A stretch of 53,115 nucleotides of DNA. Source: Promethearchaeota archaeon. GTDB lineage: Archaea; Asgardarchaeota; Lokiarchaeia; Sigyniarchaeales; SOKP01. Under the pieces are notes generated by a model. That model saw only the letters and a program-made list of their open reading frames with translations, searched no databases and was not told where the DNA came from. This document shows, one piece after another, positions 17,711 to 27,893 of this stretch; positions within the stretch are counted from its first letter, which is position 1, and each line of letters opens with the position of its first letter. The stretch covers positions 1 to 53,115 of the forward strand of contig JBHLPW010000035.1 in NCBI GenBank assembly GCA_048939015.1, read 5' to 3'. A program made the position numbers and the translations under genes.

Positions 17711-20221
17711 GTGAATTATATGAGTGATATTAAAAATCCTTCAGAAGTTCAACAAAGAAAACCTAAATTCGAAATTGCAAAACCACATGATCTATTGCCC
17801 AGATCAAAATGGCTTAGAGATTATTATTTTTCAGGATTTAAAAGAAAATGGAATAATCAATTCATGTTTTTTAAGACTGGAGTTGATTGGGATGTAATCC
17901 TATATGAAGCAGAATTTTATGTAGGTCCAGAGGTATTAGAAATGGTCGGAAGAAAAGGAAAGGGTGCATATTATTCCGCAGAGTCGATGGCCGCACCTGT
18001 AAATCTTTCCGATGACTTTTGGCAATTATCTCTTCCAGAAAGAAGAGCAAAATTATTTGAAACCATAATGCTTGACTATGTTCCACAAGAAATAATTTCT
18101 GAGAATGATTTATTAGCAGGAGGCAGATTTAGTATAATGTTTAGTAGGTGCCTAAATGAAAAAGAAGCAAAGCAATACTGGAAATTAGCTCTTAAGAACA
18201 GAAAATCAATGAGAGAATTTCATTATAACGGATATGGAAACGCTGGAGCTTGTTCTGGTCATATTATATGTGATTTTGAGACAGTTGTTAAAAAAGGGTT
18301 CAAGTATATCTATGAAAATATTCTAAAGAATTATGAAAAACTTACTGATAAGGAGAAAAAGGGTCTAAAAGGTAATCAGTTAAGAGCAATGATGCAATCA
18401 GCTCAGATCCCTAGAAAATTAGCAAAAAAATATGCTGATAAATGTAGAAAATTAAAAGCAACCGCTTCTACTGAAGAAAGAGTTAAGGAACTTGAGCAAA
18501 TGGCAAAAAATTTGGAACTTGTTCCTTGGGAACCAGCTCAAACATTTTGGCAAGGAGTTCAAGCGATATGGTTAACTCATCTCATGATAATGGCAGAGGA
18601 ATCTTATCCAGGAGCAGGAACTTCATTTGGAAGAATAGATCAACATTTATGGCATTTATATCAAAAAGATATACTTGAGGAAAAAAGTATTACTAAAGAC
18701 TTCGCAAAAGAAATATTAGGGAGTTTTTGGTTCCATTGCCATACTGCATATGATGCTATGATGGCATTATGGGGAAGACATGGCATAAATTCATCTTTTG
18801 GTCAGCTCATAACTTTGTCTGGATGCGGTCCAAATGGAGAGGATCTCACAAATGAGTTAACTTATACAATTTTAGAAGTTGTTGATGAATGGTTTCCAAG
18901 TTTAGAACCAAAGCCTAATATAAGACTTCATCAAAATACCCCAGATAAATTACTAAATATTATCGTGGATATGATTTCTCGTTCTCAAGGAGCTCCTTTC
19001 TTGTTAAATTTTGATGAGAGATCTATGGCAGGATTAGTTTTAGAAGGAGTACCAGAGGATAAAGTATGGAATTATGCGTGTGTGGGATGCCTTGAAAATA
19101 CAATGCAAGGGAATGATCGTTCTGGAACTGTAAATTGTAATCCAAATCTAGCAAAGTCAATAGAACTTACATTATGGAATGGAAAAAACATTCCAATTGA
19201 TGATCTAGGACGTTCAAAGAAACAGCAAGGGCCAAAAACAGGTGAACCTGAAAATTTTTCAACCTGGGATGAATTTTGGAATGCGTGGGTTCAACAAACT
19301 AAATTCCTCATAAATCACATTGTTGAAATATATAATCCGCAGGAAGAGTTAAAGTCAAAATTCCTTCCCACCCCCTTTGTATCTACAATAGTAAAGGGAT
19401 GTGCTGAAAAAGCACTTGATGTTAGAAACGGGGGTCCAGAATTAAGTTTTGTAACAGTTGAGGGGGTTGGTTTTGGTACTACTGTAGACTCTCTATTAGC
19501 AATTAAGAAGTACGTGTATGATGAAAAAAAATATACTCTAGAACAAATCAAAAAAGCTCTAATCGATAATTGGGAAGGCAATGACGAGTATCCTAAAATG
19601 CAAGCTTTATTTAAAAGTAAAGCTCCTAAATATGGTAATAATGATGATGAATTCGATGAAATTGCTCGAAAAGTTATGAACACATGGAGTAATGAAACTT
19701 GGAAGTACAAAACACCAAATGGATTTCAATTCCGTCCAGGAATGCTTTCTTGGAATTACTGGGCTGGTCCAGATGCATCTAGAACTCCTGCTACTCCAGA
19801 TGGTCGTACTCAAGGTATGTACTTGTCAAATGCAATTTGTCCTACAACCGGAGCTACAAAAAAAGGACCTACAGCAGTCACTAATTCAGTGGGTCACGCA
19901 ATAGGGGGAAAAACTGCAGATGGGAAGCATATCAATTACTTACCTAACGGTGCTAGTCATACTATTACATTCAATCCAAGTATAATAAAAGATCCAGACC
20001 ATAAGGAAAAATTTAGAGCATATTTAAGGGGATATATTGAAAATGGAGGAACTGCTTTACAAGTCAATATACTTAGCTCGGAATTACTCCTAGATGCTCA
20101 GAAACATCCCGAAAATTATAAGGATCTGCTAGTAAGAGTTACCGGCTATAATGCATACTTTGTAACGATTGGAACTGAACTACAGAATGAAATTATAGCT
20201 AGAGAGATGCATAATATTTAA
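17711..20221 (+). CDS. Glycyl radical enzyme (PFL-like superfamily, not classical PFL)
   Basis: Cys loop YACVGCLE, ATPDGR, C-terminal LLVRVTGYNAYF glycyl motif. ATG 17720 is an alternative start. Confidence 0.95.
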   Translation: MNYMSDIKNPSEVQQRKPKFEIAKPHDLLPRSKWLRDYYFSGFKRKWNNQFMFFKTGVDWDVILYEAEFYVGPEVLEMVGRKGKGAYYSAESMAAPVNLSDDFWQLSLPERRAKLFETIMLDYVPQEIISENDLLAGGRFSIMFSRCLNEKEAKQYWKLALKNRKSMREFHYNGYGNAGACSGHIICDFETVVKKGFKYIYENILKNYEKLTDKEKKGLKGNQLRAMMQSAQIPRKLAKKYADKCRKLKATASTEERVKELEQMAKNLELVPWEPAQTFWQGVQAIWLTHLMIMAEESYPGAGTSFGRIDQHLWHLYQKDILEEKSITKDFAKEILGSFWFHCHTAYDAMMALWGRHGINSSFGQLITLSGCGPNGEDLTNELTYTILEVVDEWFPSLEPKPNIRLHQNTPDKLLNIIVDMISRSQGAPFLLNFDERSMAGLVLEGVPEDKVWNYACVGCLENTMQGNDRSGTVNCNPNLAKSIELTLWNGKNIPIDDLGRSKKQQGPKTGEPENFSTWDEFWNAWVQQTKFLINHIVEIYNPQEELKSKFLPTPFVSTIVKGCAEKALDVRNGGPELSFVTVEGVGFGTTVDSLLAIKKYVYDEKKYTLEQIKKALIDNWEGNDEYPKMQALFKSKAPKYGNNDDEFDEIARKVMNTWSNETWKYKTPNGFQFRPGMLSWNYWAGPDASRTPATPDGRTQGMYLSNAICPTTGATKKGPTAVTNSVGHAIGGKTADGKHINYLPNGASHTITFNPSIIKDPDHKEKFRAYLRGYIENGGTALQVNILSSELLLDAQKHPENYKDLLVRVTGYNAYFVTIGTELQNEIIAREMHNI

Positions 20222-20227
20222 AGAGAG

Positions 20228-21118
20228 GTGATAAGATTGACAGAAGAAATTTTTACTTGGAAAAATGAATTATCTCAAGAGGCGTTTGAACTAACTCAAA
20301 TTCCAATGATGGTAAAGTTATTAGCCACAGTTGACGATAATGGGTGGCCTCATCTAACTTTTATAGCTGCTAATAAAGCAAAATCACAAAATCAAATTGT
20401 ATGGGGCCAATTCTTGCATGGCAAATCAAAAGAATTCATTCAAGAAAGACCAAAACATGGATATTTATTTATGACAATTGAAAGACCATTTAAAATGGTT
20501 CAAATAAAAGCTGATTTTTCTCATATTCTCAAGAGTGGAGAGGATCTAGACTTTTGGAATAGTAGAGATATGAGATATTCGACAACTATGAACGTATGGA
20601 GAGCCTTTTATAATAATATCTATAAAACCTCTCCAATTAAAATCGTTTCATTAGGAAAACTGTTGAAAGGAATCTTATCTACATTATTTGCCAAGGGAAG
20701 AGCAAAAAGTAGTGTGACAGAAGAGCGCCTTGATAATTTTGGAAAGCAAATCTTTTCTGGAGCTATGAACCCAAAATTCATTGCGTTTTTAGATCCAATA
20801 GATAATTACCCCATAATTATTCCTTGTTTTCAGGCACTAGCTACCGATGATACAAAATTGGTTTTCTCTCCAACTTTATTTAAAGAGCAATTAGAATACA
20901 TTCCTAAAGGATCGAAAGTAGCAGTTTTTGGTATGACAATGGACTTTATTGCTCAAGTTATTAAGGGTACATTTAATGGATTTAATAAGTATCGAGGAAT
21001 TAAACTAGGAGAAATTAGCATTGAGCAAATTTATAATTCTCCACCACCACTTCCAGGGTATATTTATCCCGAACTTGAGGTTTTACCCGAAATTACTGAT
21101 TTCTCAATGCCGGAATAA
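20228..21118 (+). CDS. Tandem pyridoxamine-5'-phosphate oxidase-like (FMN split-barrel) protein
   Basis: KLLATVDDNGWPHLTFI and a second copy KFIAFLDPIDNYPIIIP; 6 nt after the GRE. The GAGGTGA RBS favours TTG 20237. Confidence 0.75.
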   Translation: MIRLTEEIFTWKNELSQEAFELTQIPMMVKLLATVDDNGWPHLTFIAANKAKSQNQIVWGQFLHGKSKEFIQERPKHGYLFMTIERPFKMVQIKADFSHILKSGEDLDFWNSRDMRYSTTMNVWRAFYNNIYKTSPIKIVSLGKLLKGILSTLFAKGRAKSSVTEERLDNFGKQIFSGAMNPKFIAFLDPIDNYPIIIPCFQALATDDTKLVFSPTLFKEQLEYIPKGSKVAVFGMTMDFIAQVIKGTFNGFNKYRGIKLGEISIEQIYNSPPPLPGYIYPELEVLPEITDFSMPE

Positions 21119-21234
21119 GACTAATTTCTCTTTTTTTTTTATTTTATCTATGGCTTTCTTTGCAAATCTTACTGCCATCAAATAAATTTACTTGTATAAT
21201 TGAAATTTACTTTAAAAAAAACAAATTTCAAAAA

Positions 21235-22554
21235 TTAATAATCTTCTATTTTTTCTGCCATATAGGGCTTCAATATCTTTATAGCTGTAATATATAGTGG
21301 TATCACAGATAGTTCTATAAAAATGGAGATTATAAATGGTGCTTGTGTTCCTAGGTGATCCCATGCGAGTCCTCCAATAATAGGGCCTAAGATAGCTCCG
21401 AGGAAACTCATCCATTGAGTCATACCAAATATTTTACCTCTATGTCCTTTAGATATGCGGCTTAATACATTCTGTAGCACTAAAGAACTTGCCCATGCTA
21501 ATGTAACATCGAATGTTAAAATAATACCAAACATTATTCCAGAAACACTATTCACTATAAGCCATGTTACAAGAGCTCCGAATCCGCTTATAAAGGTTAT
21601 AGCTAATTGAGGTTTAATTCTGTCAGCGATTCTACCCATCCTTGGAGCAAGTAACAATGATATTATTTGACTGGGAAAATATATAATCATTACCATTACT
21701 GGGTCAGTCACATTTAATTCATTTATTAAATACACTTGAAAAAAAGGGGGAGCAATTGATTGATTTGCACTACTTGTCATAAAGGCAGTTATTAAAATTA
21801 TAAAGCCAAAGAGAAAACCAAGAGATAACTCTAATGAAAATCTATCCTTATCTTGTTCTGAATCAATATGAGTGTCATCAATCACATGTTTTGTTGATAG
21901 ACTCGTTTGATTAAAGTGAATGTCATGTGTTAAATTCTCATCAACATTTTTATGAAAAACAATACCCGCATAAATGTTAGAGATTGTAAATAAAATTAAT
22001 GGAGAATATACTATGAATGGATTACTTGGTATGTAATAGTTTGCTACTCCAAAAATGAGGAAACTAACAATTGAACCTACCAAATTTCCCTTACCGAGCA
22101 TTCCAAATTGCTTCCCAAATGCAGAAGAACGAAATGTTTTATGTGATTTCTCAGAAATCAATGTATTTAAAGGATTCCAGAAAAAGCCAACAAAAAATCC
22201 AAGTATAAAAAGTCCTATTGCGAATACGATCAAAGAAGAAATAATTATTCCAAGATACATGAGAATATAACATGCAGCTCTACCAAAACTTCCTATTAAT
22301 ACCAAAAGTTTTTTAGACACTTTGTCAGTGAGATAGCCTACTATGGGTGTGCTTATTAATCCTCCAAGAGTCTGACTTGCGAATGTTAATCCCATCTCAG
22401 TACCTGAAGCCTCAAGGAGTTGGGCTGTGACATACGGTATTAAAAACGTAAAAAAGAAGAACCCTAGACTATTCCAAAAAACTATTCTAATCATTGGAAC
22501 AAAGTCAGGAGTTATCTTAGGATCTGTTTCCTTCGATTTATTAGATTTTAGCAT
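21235..22554 (-). CDS. MFS transporter
   Basis: About 12 TM segments; GYLTDKVSKK and GRIADRIKP motif-A-like loops. Confidence 0.92.
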   Translation of the reverse strand: MLKSNKSKETDPKITPDFVPMIRIVFWNSLGFFFFTFLIPYVTAQLLEASGTEMGLTFASQTLGGLISTPIVGYLTDKVSKKLLVLIGSFGRAACYILMYLGIIISSLIVFAIGLFILGFFVGFFWNPLNTLISEKSHKTFRSSAFGKQFGMLGKGNLVGSIVSFLIFGVANYYIPSNPFIVYSPLILFTISNIYAGIVFHKNVDENLTHDIHFNQTSLSTKHVIDDTHIDSEQDKDRFSLELSLGFLFGFIILITAFMTSSANQSIAPPFFQVYLINELNVTDPVMVMIIYFPSQIISLLLAPRMGRIADRIKPQLAITFISGFGALVTWLIVNSVSGIMFGIILTFDVTLAWASSLVLQNVLSRISKGHRGKIFGMTQWMSFLGAILGPIIGGLAWDHLGTQAPFIISIFIELSVIPLYITAIKILKPYMAEKIEDY

Positions 22555-22685
22555 TTTTGGAAATTATGTTAAAAGAAAATTTGGCAATTACTTAAAATTC
22601 AATCTATTTGAGATGTAGGTATGTAAATTAATTATTTAGTATAAATTTGATTTTATCATATTTTTGAGAAATTTGACTTTAAATA

Positions 22686-23930
22686 TTAACTTTCACTAAC
22701 AGTTTCAATAGAATCGAGATGTCGAATATTTGTAAAGAAATAAATAGTCACTGTCGTTGTAATGTATAGGCTAGCGCTTACAAAGAATAATGGTCCTACA
22801 CCATAAACTTCAGCTAAGGGTCCTGCAAGCATTGATCCTATTGGCATACTAACAAATGATAGAGTATTATCGATCGAAACGATTCTTCCTAATTTATCGT
22901 GTGAAACACATGTTTGTAATATTGTAAAATATAGAGCGTTTATAAACGGCATGGTAAATCCTCTAATTGCGGAATATAACATCATAAGAGAAAAGAATCC
23001 ATAAGGGACAAATGAAAATAATGCATAGACAACACCATGAGTAAATATTGCTAGAGTAATTATTGGGATTTTATGTTTCCATTTCTTTTTAACTGATGTA
23101 ATGATGCCTCCTATTAGCATTCCTACATTAAAAAATGTTGAAATCATTGCATAATTTACTACTGTTCCATTATGGAGGACTTTAACATAGTAAGGTAATA
23201 AAGTACCAATTGGTTGCATGAAAAAGTTGCATAACATCGCTTCAATGATTAAAATTAAAAGTCCTGGGACTGCCAAAAGGCTTTTAAATCCTGATTTAAG
23301 TTCTTTTAAAAAAGATCGAGGTTTATGACTCTCTTCTTCTTTAATCACGGAAGGAATTTTAATCAGCAATAAAGGAATTATCGCTATAGCATATGTAATA
23401 ATGTCGATCCATAGAGCTTGTTCAATTGTGAGAAATATCATTACAGTCCCGCCAATCGCAGGACCGACTATGTGAATAAAGCCTGTTAATAAGAAATTGA
23501 TGCTATTTATTCTACTTAATTTATTCTTTGGTACCATAGTCGGAATTATAGCACTCTCTGCAGGCATATGGAAAGCTTGACAAACAGCACGAAAAGCACC
23601 AAAAAAGTAGAGCATCCAATATTCCATAAAATTATACAGAAAAAATAAAAACAAAATAAATGTTGAGAAAGCTTGAAGGGAATCAACTAAGAATATTATT
23701 TTTTTTCTATCAAATTTGTCTGCTACAACACCCCCAATTAATGAAGCTAATACAAAAGGTATTAACCAAGAAATTGATCTAATTGAGAGAGCTATGGCAC
23801 TTTCTGTTGTTGTTGTTAGCCACCAAGTTAAACAAAAAGAAACAACAGTGGAGCCTAAAATGGAAATTAATTGACCTGACCAAAAGAATAGGTAACTTCT
23901 GAAAGAACTTATATTTGCTGTTGCGTCCAT
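22686..23930 (-). CDS. MFS transporter, MefA/DHA3-like
   Basis: FFWSGQLISILGS, GVVADKFDRKK, IIPTMVPKNKLSRINS. Confidence 0.92.
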   Translation of the reverse strand: MDATANISSFRSYLFFWSGQLISILGSTVVSFCLTWWLTTTTESAIALSIRSISWLIPFVLASLIGGVVADKFDRKKIIFLVDSLQAFSTFILFLFFLYNFMEYWMLYFFGAFRAVCQAFHMPAESAIIPTMVPKNKLSRINSINFLLTGFIHIVGPAIGGTVMIFLTIEQALWIDIITYAIAIIPLLLIKIPSVIKEEESHKPRSFLKELKSGFKSLLAVPGLLILIIEAMLCNFFMQPIGTLLPYYVKVLHNGTVVNYAMISTFFNVGMLIGGIITSVKKKWKHKIPIITLAIFTHGVVYALFSFVPYGFFSLMMLYSAIRGFTMPFINALYFTILQTCVSHDKLGRIVSIDNTLSFVSMPIGSMLAGPLAEVYGVGPLFFVSASLYITTTVTIYFFTNIRHLDSIETVSES

Positions 23931-24043
23931 GCTTTAAGGCGTTTAATTTAATATGTTAAAAATGAAAGGTTTCATCTTGTTTTTTGTATTAAAAGAACAT
24001 TTTAATATAAAATTTTCATTATTTACAATGATTAAACTTAATA

Positions 24044-24634
24044 TTGGGTAATCCTAAATTGAAATTTGAAGTTAAGAATAAAGACTATGCTGAAATAAAA
24101 TCCCAACCATTCAAAAATTATCATTGGGGTTTTTTAATTATGAGTGTGGGGGGCGTAATGGGGATTTTAATAGGTCTTCTTTTTGCTATTTATCCTTATG
24201 TTGATCCACTAGCTCAATACTTGATACCTAATAATCTTTTAATAGCTATAATTTCATTCGTAATTACGGCAATTTCTATATACATAGGAAATAAATATAT
24301 GAAATTAGAATCATTCTTAGCAATTAATAGATTGGAAGGAATAATTTCAAAATTTGAAAATCACCTCTTTGGTAATGTTGAAAAAAAGGAAGTATATGAG
24401 TGGAAAAATATAGAGAATGTTGAAGCCAAACGATATTTTCGTGGAGATGATGAACTACGTCCCTGGGGTGGAGCGATTTATTTCATGTTAATGAATCGTA
24501 AAAATGTTGAATCAATATCAGGAAAAGGTAATATCCCAGAAAAAATAGTACAAGCTCTATTAAAATTCATGAAGAATCCCGATGATAATGAAGAAGATGA
24601 GATTTACCAACCTGGATTTATCATTGAAGAATAA
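24044..24634 (+). CDS. Two-TM membrane protein with possible PH-like C-terminal domain
   Basis: Two hydrophobic helices, then a beta-rich region with YEWKNIENVE and an acidic tail. Confidence 0.65.
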   Translation: MGNPKLKFEVKNKDYAEIKSQPFKNYHWGFLIMSVGGVMGILIGLLFAIYPYVDPLAQYLIPNNLLIAIISFVITAISIYIGNKYMKLESFLAINRLEGIISKFENHLFGNVEKKEVYEWKNIENVEAKRYFRGDDELRPWGGAIYFMLMNRKNVESISGKGNIPEKIVQALLKFMKNPDDNEEDEIYQPGFIIEE

Positions 24635-24661
24635 GAGTTTTGTAATTATTACTATATTTTT

Positions 24662-25912
24662 CTAATCAGGTTCCGGTGTTGATTCACCTTCAGAATCAAG
24701 GAGTCTAATTTTTGTAAAGAAATAGACAATAATTTCTACTAATACTATTAAACTACCACATATAAAGAATAATGGGGCAATTCCGATAATTACTGCTAGG
24801 AGTCCAGCTAAAATGCTTCCTATTGGGATGATAATAGTAGATAATGTACTATCTATTGAAGTTACTCTTCCCAATTTGTCAGAGGGGATTCTTAATTGCA
24901 TGATAGTAAAGAAAAGCGCATTACAAATTACTATAATGAAGCTGAATATTGCAGAGTATAACATAATTAAGAAAGTAAAACCTACTGGGACAAATGCGAA
25001 TAATGCATAAACTATACCAAAGATAATACCAAAAAAAATCACGATTGGGATTTTTTTTTTCCACTTTTTCTTAATTGTCATAAGTAAACCTCCTATAAGC
25101 ATTCCAGTATTAGAAGAAGTTGAAATTAAAGCAAAATCAACAACAGAACCATTATGAAACACTCTAACATAGTAAGGGAATAATGTACTAAAGGGCATAA
25201 GTAAAAAGTTAACAAACATAGATTCTATCATTAACGCCAGAAGTCCTGGGATTGTAATTAAAATTTTAAATCCGGATTTAAAAGCCTTCCCTATTGATTC
25301 TCGTTTATGCTTTTCAATTTCTTTATGTAAAAACGGAATTTTAACTAAGATTAGAGGGATAACTGAAATTGCATACGTAATAATATCGATCCAGAGTGCT
25401 TGTTTAACTGAAAGAAAAATTAATAATGTTGCACCAATTACAGGTCCAATAATTCTAATAGCACCTGTTAGTAAAGAATTTATACCATTTATTCTACTTA
25501 ATTTATCTTTTTGCACCATCGTAGGAATAATAGCATTCTGAGTTGGTTGATGAAATGCTTGGCAAATGCTACGGAATGCTAAAAAAAAGTAATAGTGCCA
25601 GTACTCCATTATACCGTAGGTAAAAAATAAAATCATGATAAATGTTGAAAATGCTTGTAGTGAATCTGCTATGAAAATCACTATTTTTCTATTATATCTG
25701 TCTGCTACGACTCCAGCTATTAGAGAAACCAAAATAAAAGGCAAAAAATAAGATACGGAAGCTATTGAAAGAGCTGTTGCACTTTTGGTCTCATCAACTA
25801 GCCACCATATTAATACAAAAGATACTACATTAGATCCTAAAATAGATAGTAACTGCCCTGACCAGAAAAAAAGATAACTCTTGAAAGTGCTCTTATCTGC
25901 TTCTTCTTCCAT
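24662..25912 (-). CDS. MFS transporter, MefA/DHA3-like, paralogue of 22686..23930
   Basis: FFWSGQLLSILGS, GVVADRYNRK, IIPTMVQKDKLSRING; colinear with the paralogue. Confidence 0.92.
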   Translation of the reverse strand: MEEEADKSTFKSYLFFWSGQLLSILGSNVVSFVLIWWLVDETKSATALSIASVSYFLPFILVSLIAGVVADRYNRKIVIFIADSLQAFSTFIMILFFTYGIMEYWHYYFFLAFRSICQAFHQPTQNAIIPTMVQKDKLSRINGINSLLTGAIRIIGPVIGATLLIFLSVKQALWIDIITYAISVIPLILVKIPFLHKEIEKHKRESIGKAFKSGFKILITIPGLLALMIESMFVNFLLMPFSTLFPYYVRVFHNGSVVDFALISTSSNTGMLIGGLLMTIKKKWKKKIPIVIFFGIIFGIVYALFAFVPVGFTFLIMLYSAIFSFIIVICNALFFTIMQLRIPSDKLGRVTSIDSTLSTIIIPIGSILAGLLAVIIGIAPLFFICGSLIVLVEIIVYFFTKIRLLDSEGESTPEPD

Positions 25913-25984
25913 ACTTGGACTATGCTTCCCTTCTTTTTTTATAAAATATAAGAGTCTTCAATAGTTAAATAATTTAACCAAAGA

Positions 25985-26006
25985 TCGTGAAACGATGATT
26001 TCACGA
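25985..26006. promoter_or_regulatory. Perfect 8-bp inverted repeat, putative operator
   Basis: TCGTGAAA-CGATGA-TTTCACGA between divergent genes. Confidence 0.45.
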
Positions 26007-26179
26007 AGAATAAATTAAAATGAGGTAATTATTCCTTTTTCATTTTATAATTATTTCAAGAATAATTTTTATCATATAATTTTAAATTTTAATAATTATG
26101 GTTATAAAGCATGGAGTATCATAATACAATTAAAATATTTATCCTTAATGTAAAATAAAAACTAACGAGTTAATTAAGT

Positions 26180-27868
26180 ATGAAGAAAAGAGATCTAAAA
26201 TTAAATGTTATAGTATTAATCATTTGTATATTACTTTTCCTAACAAGCACCAGTTTATATATTAGTTATAATTCGACCAAAATAACTGTAGAAAATAATA
26301 GTATGGAAAATTTAAGATTATCTACCACATTCGATGCCACTGAAATTGATGATTCTCCAAGTAGTCTTAATAATTGGATTTGGGCTAAAACTCAAGGGAT
26401 TTGTAACGGTTCTGGGACACAAATTGATCCATATGTAATTGATGGCCATATTTTTCATCCTACAACGAGTTGGGATTGTCTCAGAATTATAAATTCAAGA
26501 AAATATTTTACAGTTATCAATTGTGAATTTCGATATGCCCCAGCAGTATATTCAGGAATATTTCTTGCAAATACTACTAATGGAAGGATTATAAATAATG
26601 AATTTTTTGGGAATATGTATGGAATATATGCATTAAGCATAAATGATACCGAAATCTCAGGAAATCATATATATTTAAACGATGGAGATGGAATTTTTAT
26701 TAGCACAAGTTATGGAAATACTATTTCAAATAATAATTTATCATCAAATGGTTGGCAAGGTATGTGGATGGAATTTAGTGCTAATAATACACTTTCTGGA
26801 AATACAGCATATAATAATAACCTTAGTGGTTTATATCTTTTTACATGCGATTATTCTACTGTTAAGGGTAATTTTCTATACAAAAATAGTTTCTCTGGAT
26901 TATCAATAAATAATAATACATTTGCTAAGATTGAAAATAATGTAATTCAAGAGAACAAGATTGAGGGAATTTATCTCAATGGTAATTTAGAAAGTCTCAT
27001 AGTTAGTAATATAATAGAAGATAATGGTTTATACGGGATATATACATTCAACAGTACTTATACTTTAATCATTGAAAATCATATTTATTCAAATCTGGGA
27101 GATGGAATCTTTATTAACGCTAGTCGAAGAAATACTATTTCGTACAATAATATATCATCAAATGGTTGGCAGGGTATATGGATACAATTTAGTGTTAATA
27201 ACGCATTCGCGGAAAATATTGCAAATAATAATAACCTTAGTGGCTTCTACATCTTTACTTGTAAGTATTCTTTTATTTTTAGAAATGTTTTAAATAATAA
27301 TGCTTTCTCTGGATTGACAATAAGGGATAGTACCAATGCAACTGTTTCTGAAAATGAAATTAGAGAGAATAATAGGGAGGGGATCTATTTTAATACAAAT
27401 TTAGACATTAGAATACTTGAAAATAATTTAGAAGCTAATGGACTTAATGGAATTCATGTCGAACTTTCCAACCAGAGCATAATTTCAGAAAACACTGTAA
27501 ATGACAATGGCTTATATGGGATCTATTTTGATGAGAATAGTAATGACAACAATATATATCTTAATTGCTTTAATAATTCTATAAATGCAATAGATAATGG
27601 TACGAATAATCACTGGGATAATGGAGTTAAGGGGAATTTTTGGGCGGATTATTCTGGTTTGGATGCAGACAGCAATGGTATTGGAGATGTTCCATATAAT
27701 ATTACGGGTTCTGCGGGAAGTCAAGACAACTTTCCATTAATGAAATGTCCACTCCCCCTTGAAACAGGTAGGAGAGCAATCCCCGGATATAATCAACTCA
27801 TAATATTATCAATTATGATATTTTCAATTGGAATAATTTGGGTTATTAGATGTAAAAGAAGATTTTAA
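26180..27868 (+). CDS. Surface parallel beta-helix (NosD/CASH-like) protein with Loki-CTERM-type anchor
   Basis: N-terminal signal/TM, about 23-aa N/G/I repeats, GNFWADY...DGIGD-like NosD tail, IPGYN-TM-KRRF. Confidence 0.9.
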   Translation: MKKRDLKLNVIVLIICILLFLTSTSLYISYNSTKITVENNSMENLRLSTTFDATEIDDSPSSLNNWIWAKTQGICNGSGTQIDPYVIDGHIFHPTTSWDCLRIINSRKYFTVINCEFRYAPAVYSGIFLANTTNGRIINNEFFGNMYGIYALSINDTEISGNHIYLNDGDGIFISTSYGNTISNNNLSSNGWQGMWMEFSANNTLSGNTAYNNNLSGLYLFTCDYSTVKGNFLYKNSFSGLSINNNTFAKIENNVIQENKIEGIYLNGNLESLIVSNIIEDNGLYGIYTFNSTYTLIIENHIYSNLGDGIFINASRRNTISYNNISSNGWQGIWIQFSVNNAFAENIANNNNLSGFYIFTCKYSFIFRNVLNNNAFSGLTIRDSTNATVSENEIRENNREGIYFNTNLDIRILENNLEANGLNGIHVELSNQSIISENTVNDNGLYGIYFDENSNDNNIYLNCFNNSINAIDNGTNNHWDNGVKGNFWADYSGLDADSNGIGDVPYNITGSAGSQDNFPLMKCPLPLETGRRAIPGYNQLIILSIMIFSIGIIWVIRCKRRF

Positions 27869-27893
27869 ATTTCAAAAAAAATAGTAGATTACC

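Noticed and set aside
19315-19904. Short ORFs 19315..19710, 19607..19813 and 19692..19904
   Set aside because: Nested within the GRE on other frames or strand; no independent signals. The same applies to most nested 60-95 aa ORFs in the track.
17711-20221. Calling the GRE pyruvate formate-lyase or an alkyl/benzylsuccinate synthase
   Set aside because: It lacks the adjacent Cys-Cys of PFL; the GCLE loop differs from fumarate-adding enzymes and no small accessory subunits are adjacent.
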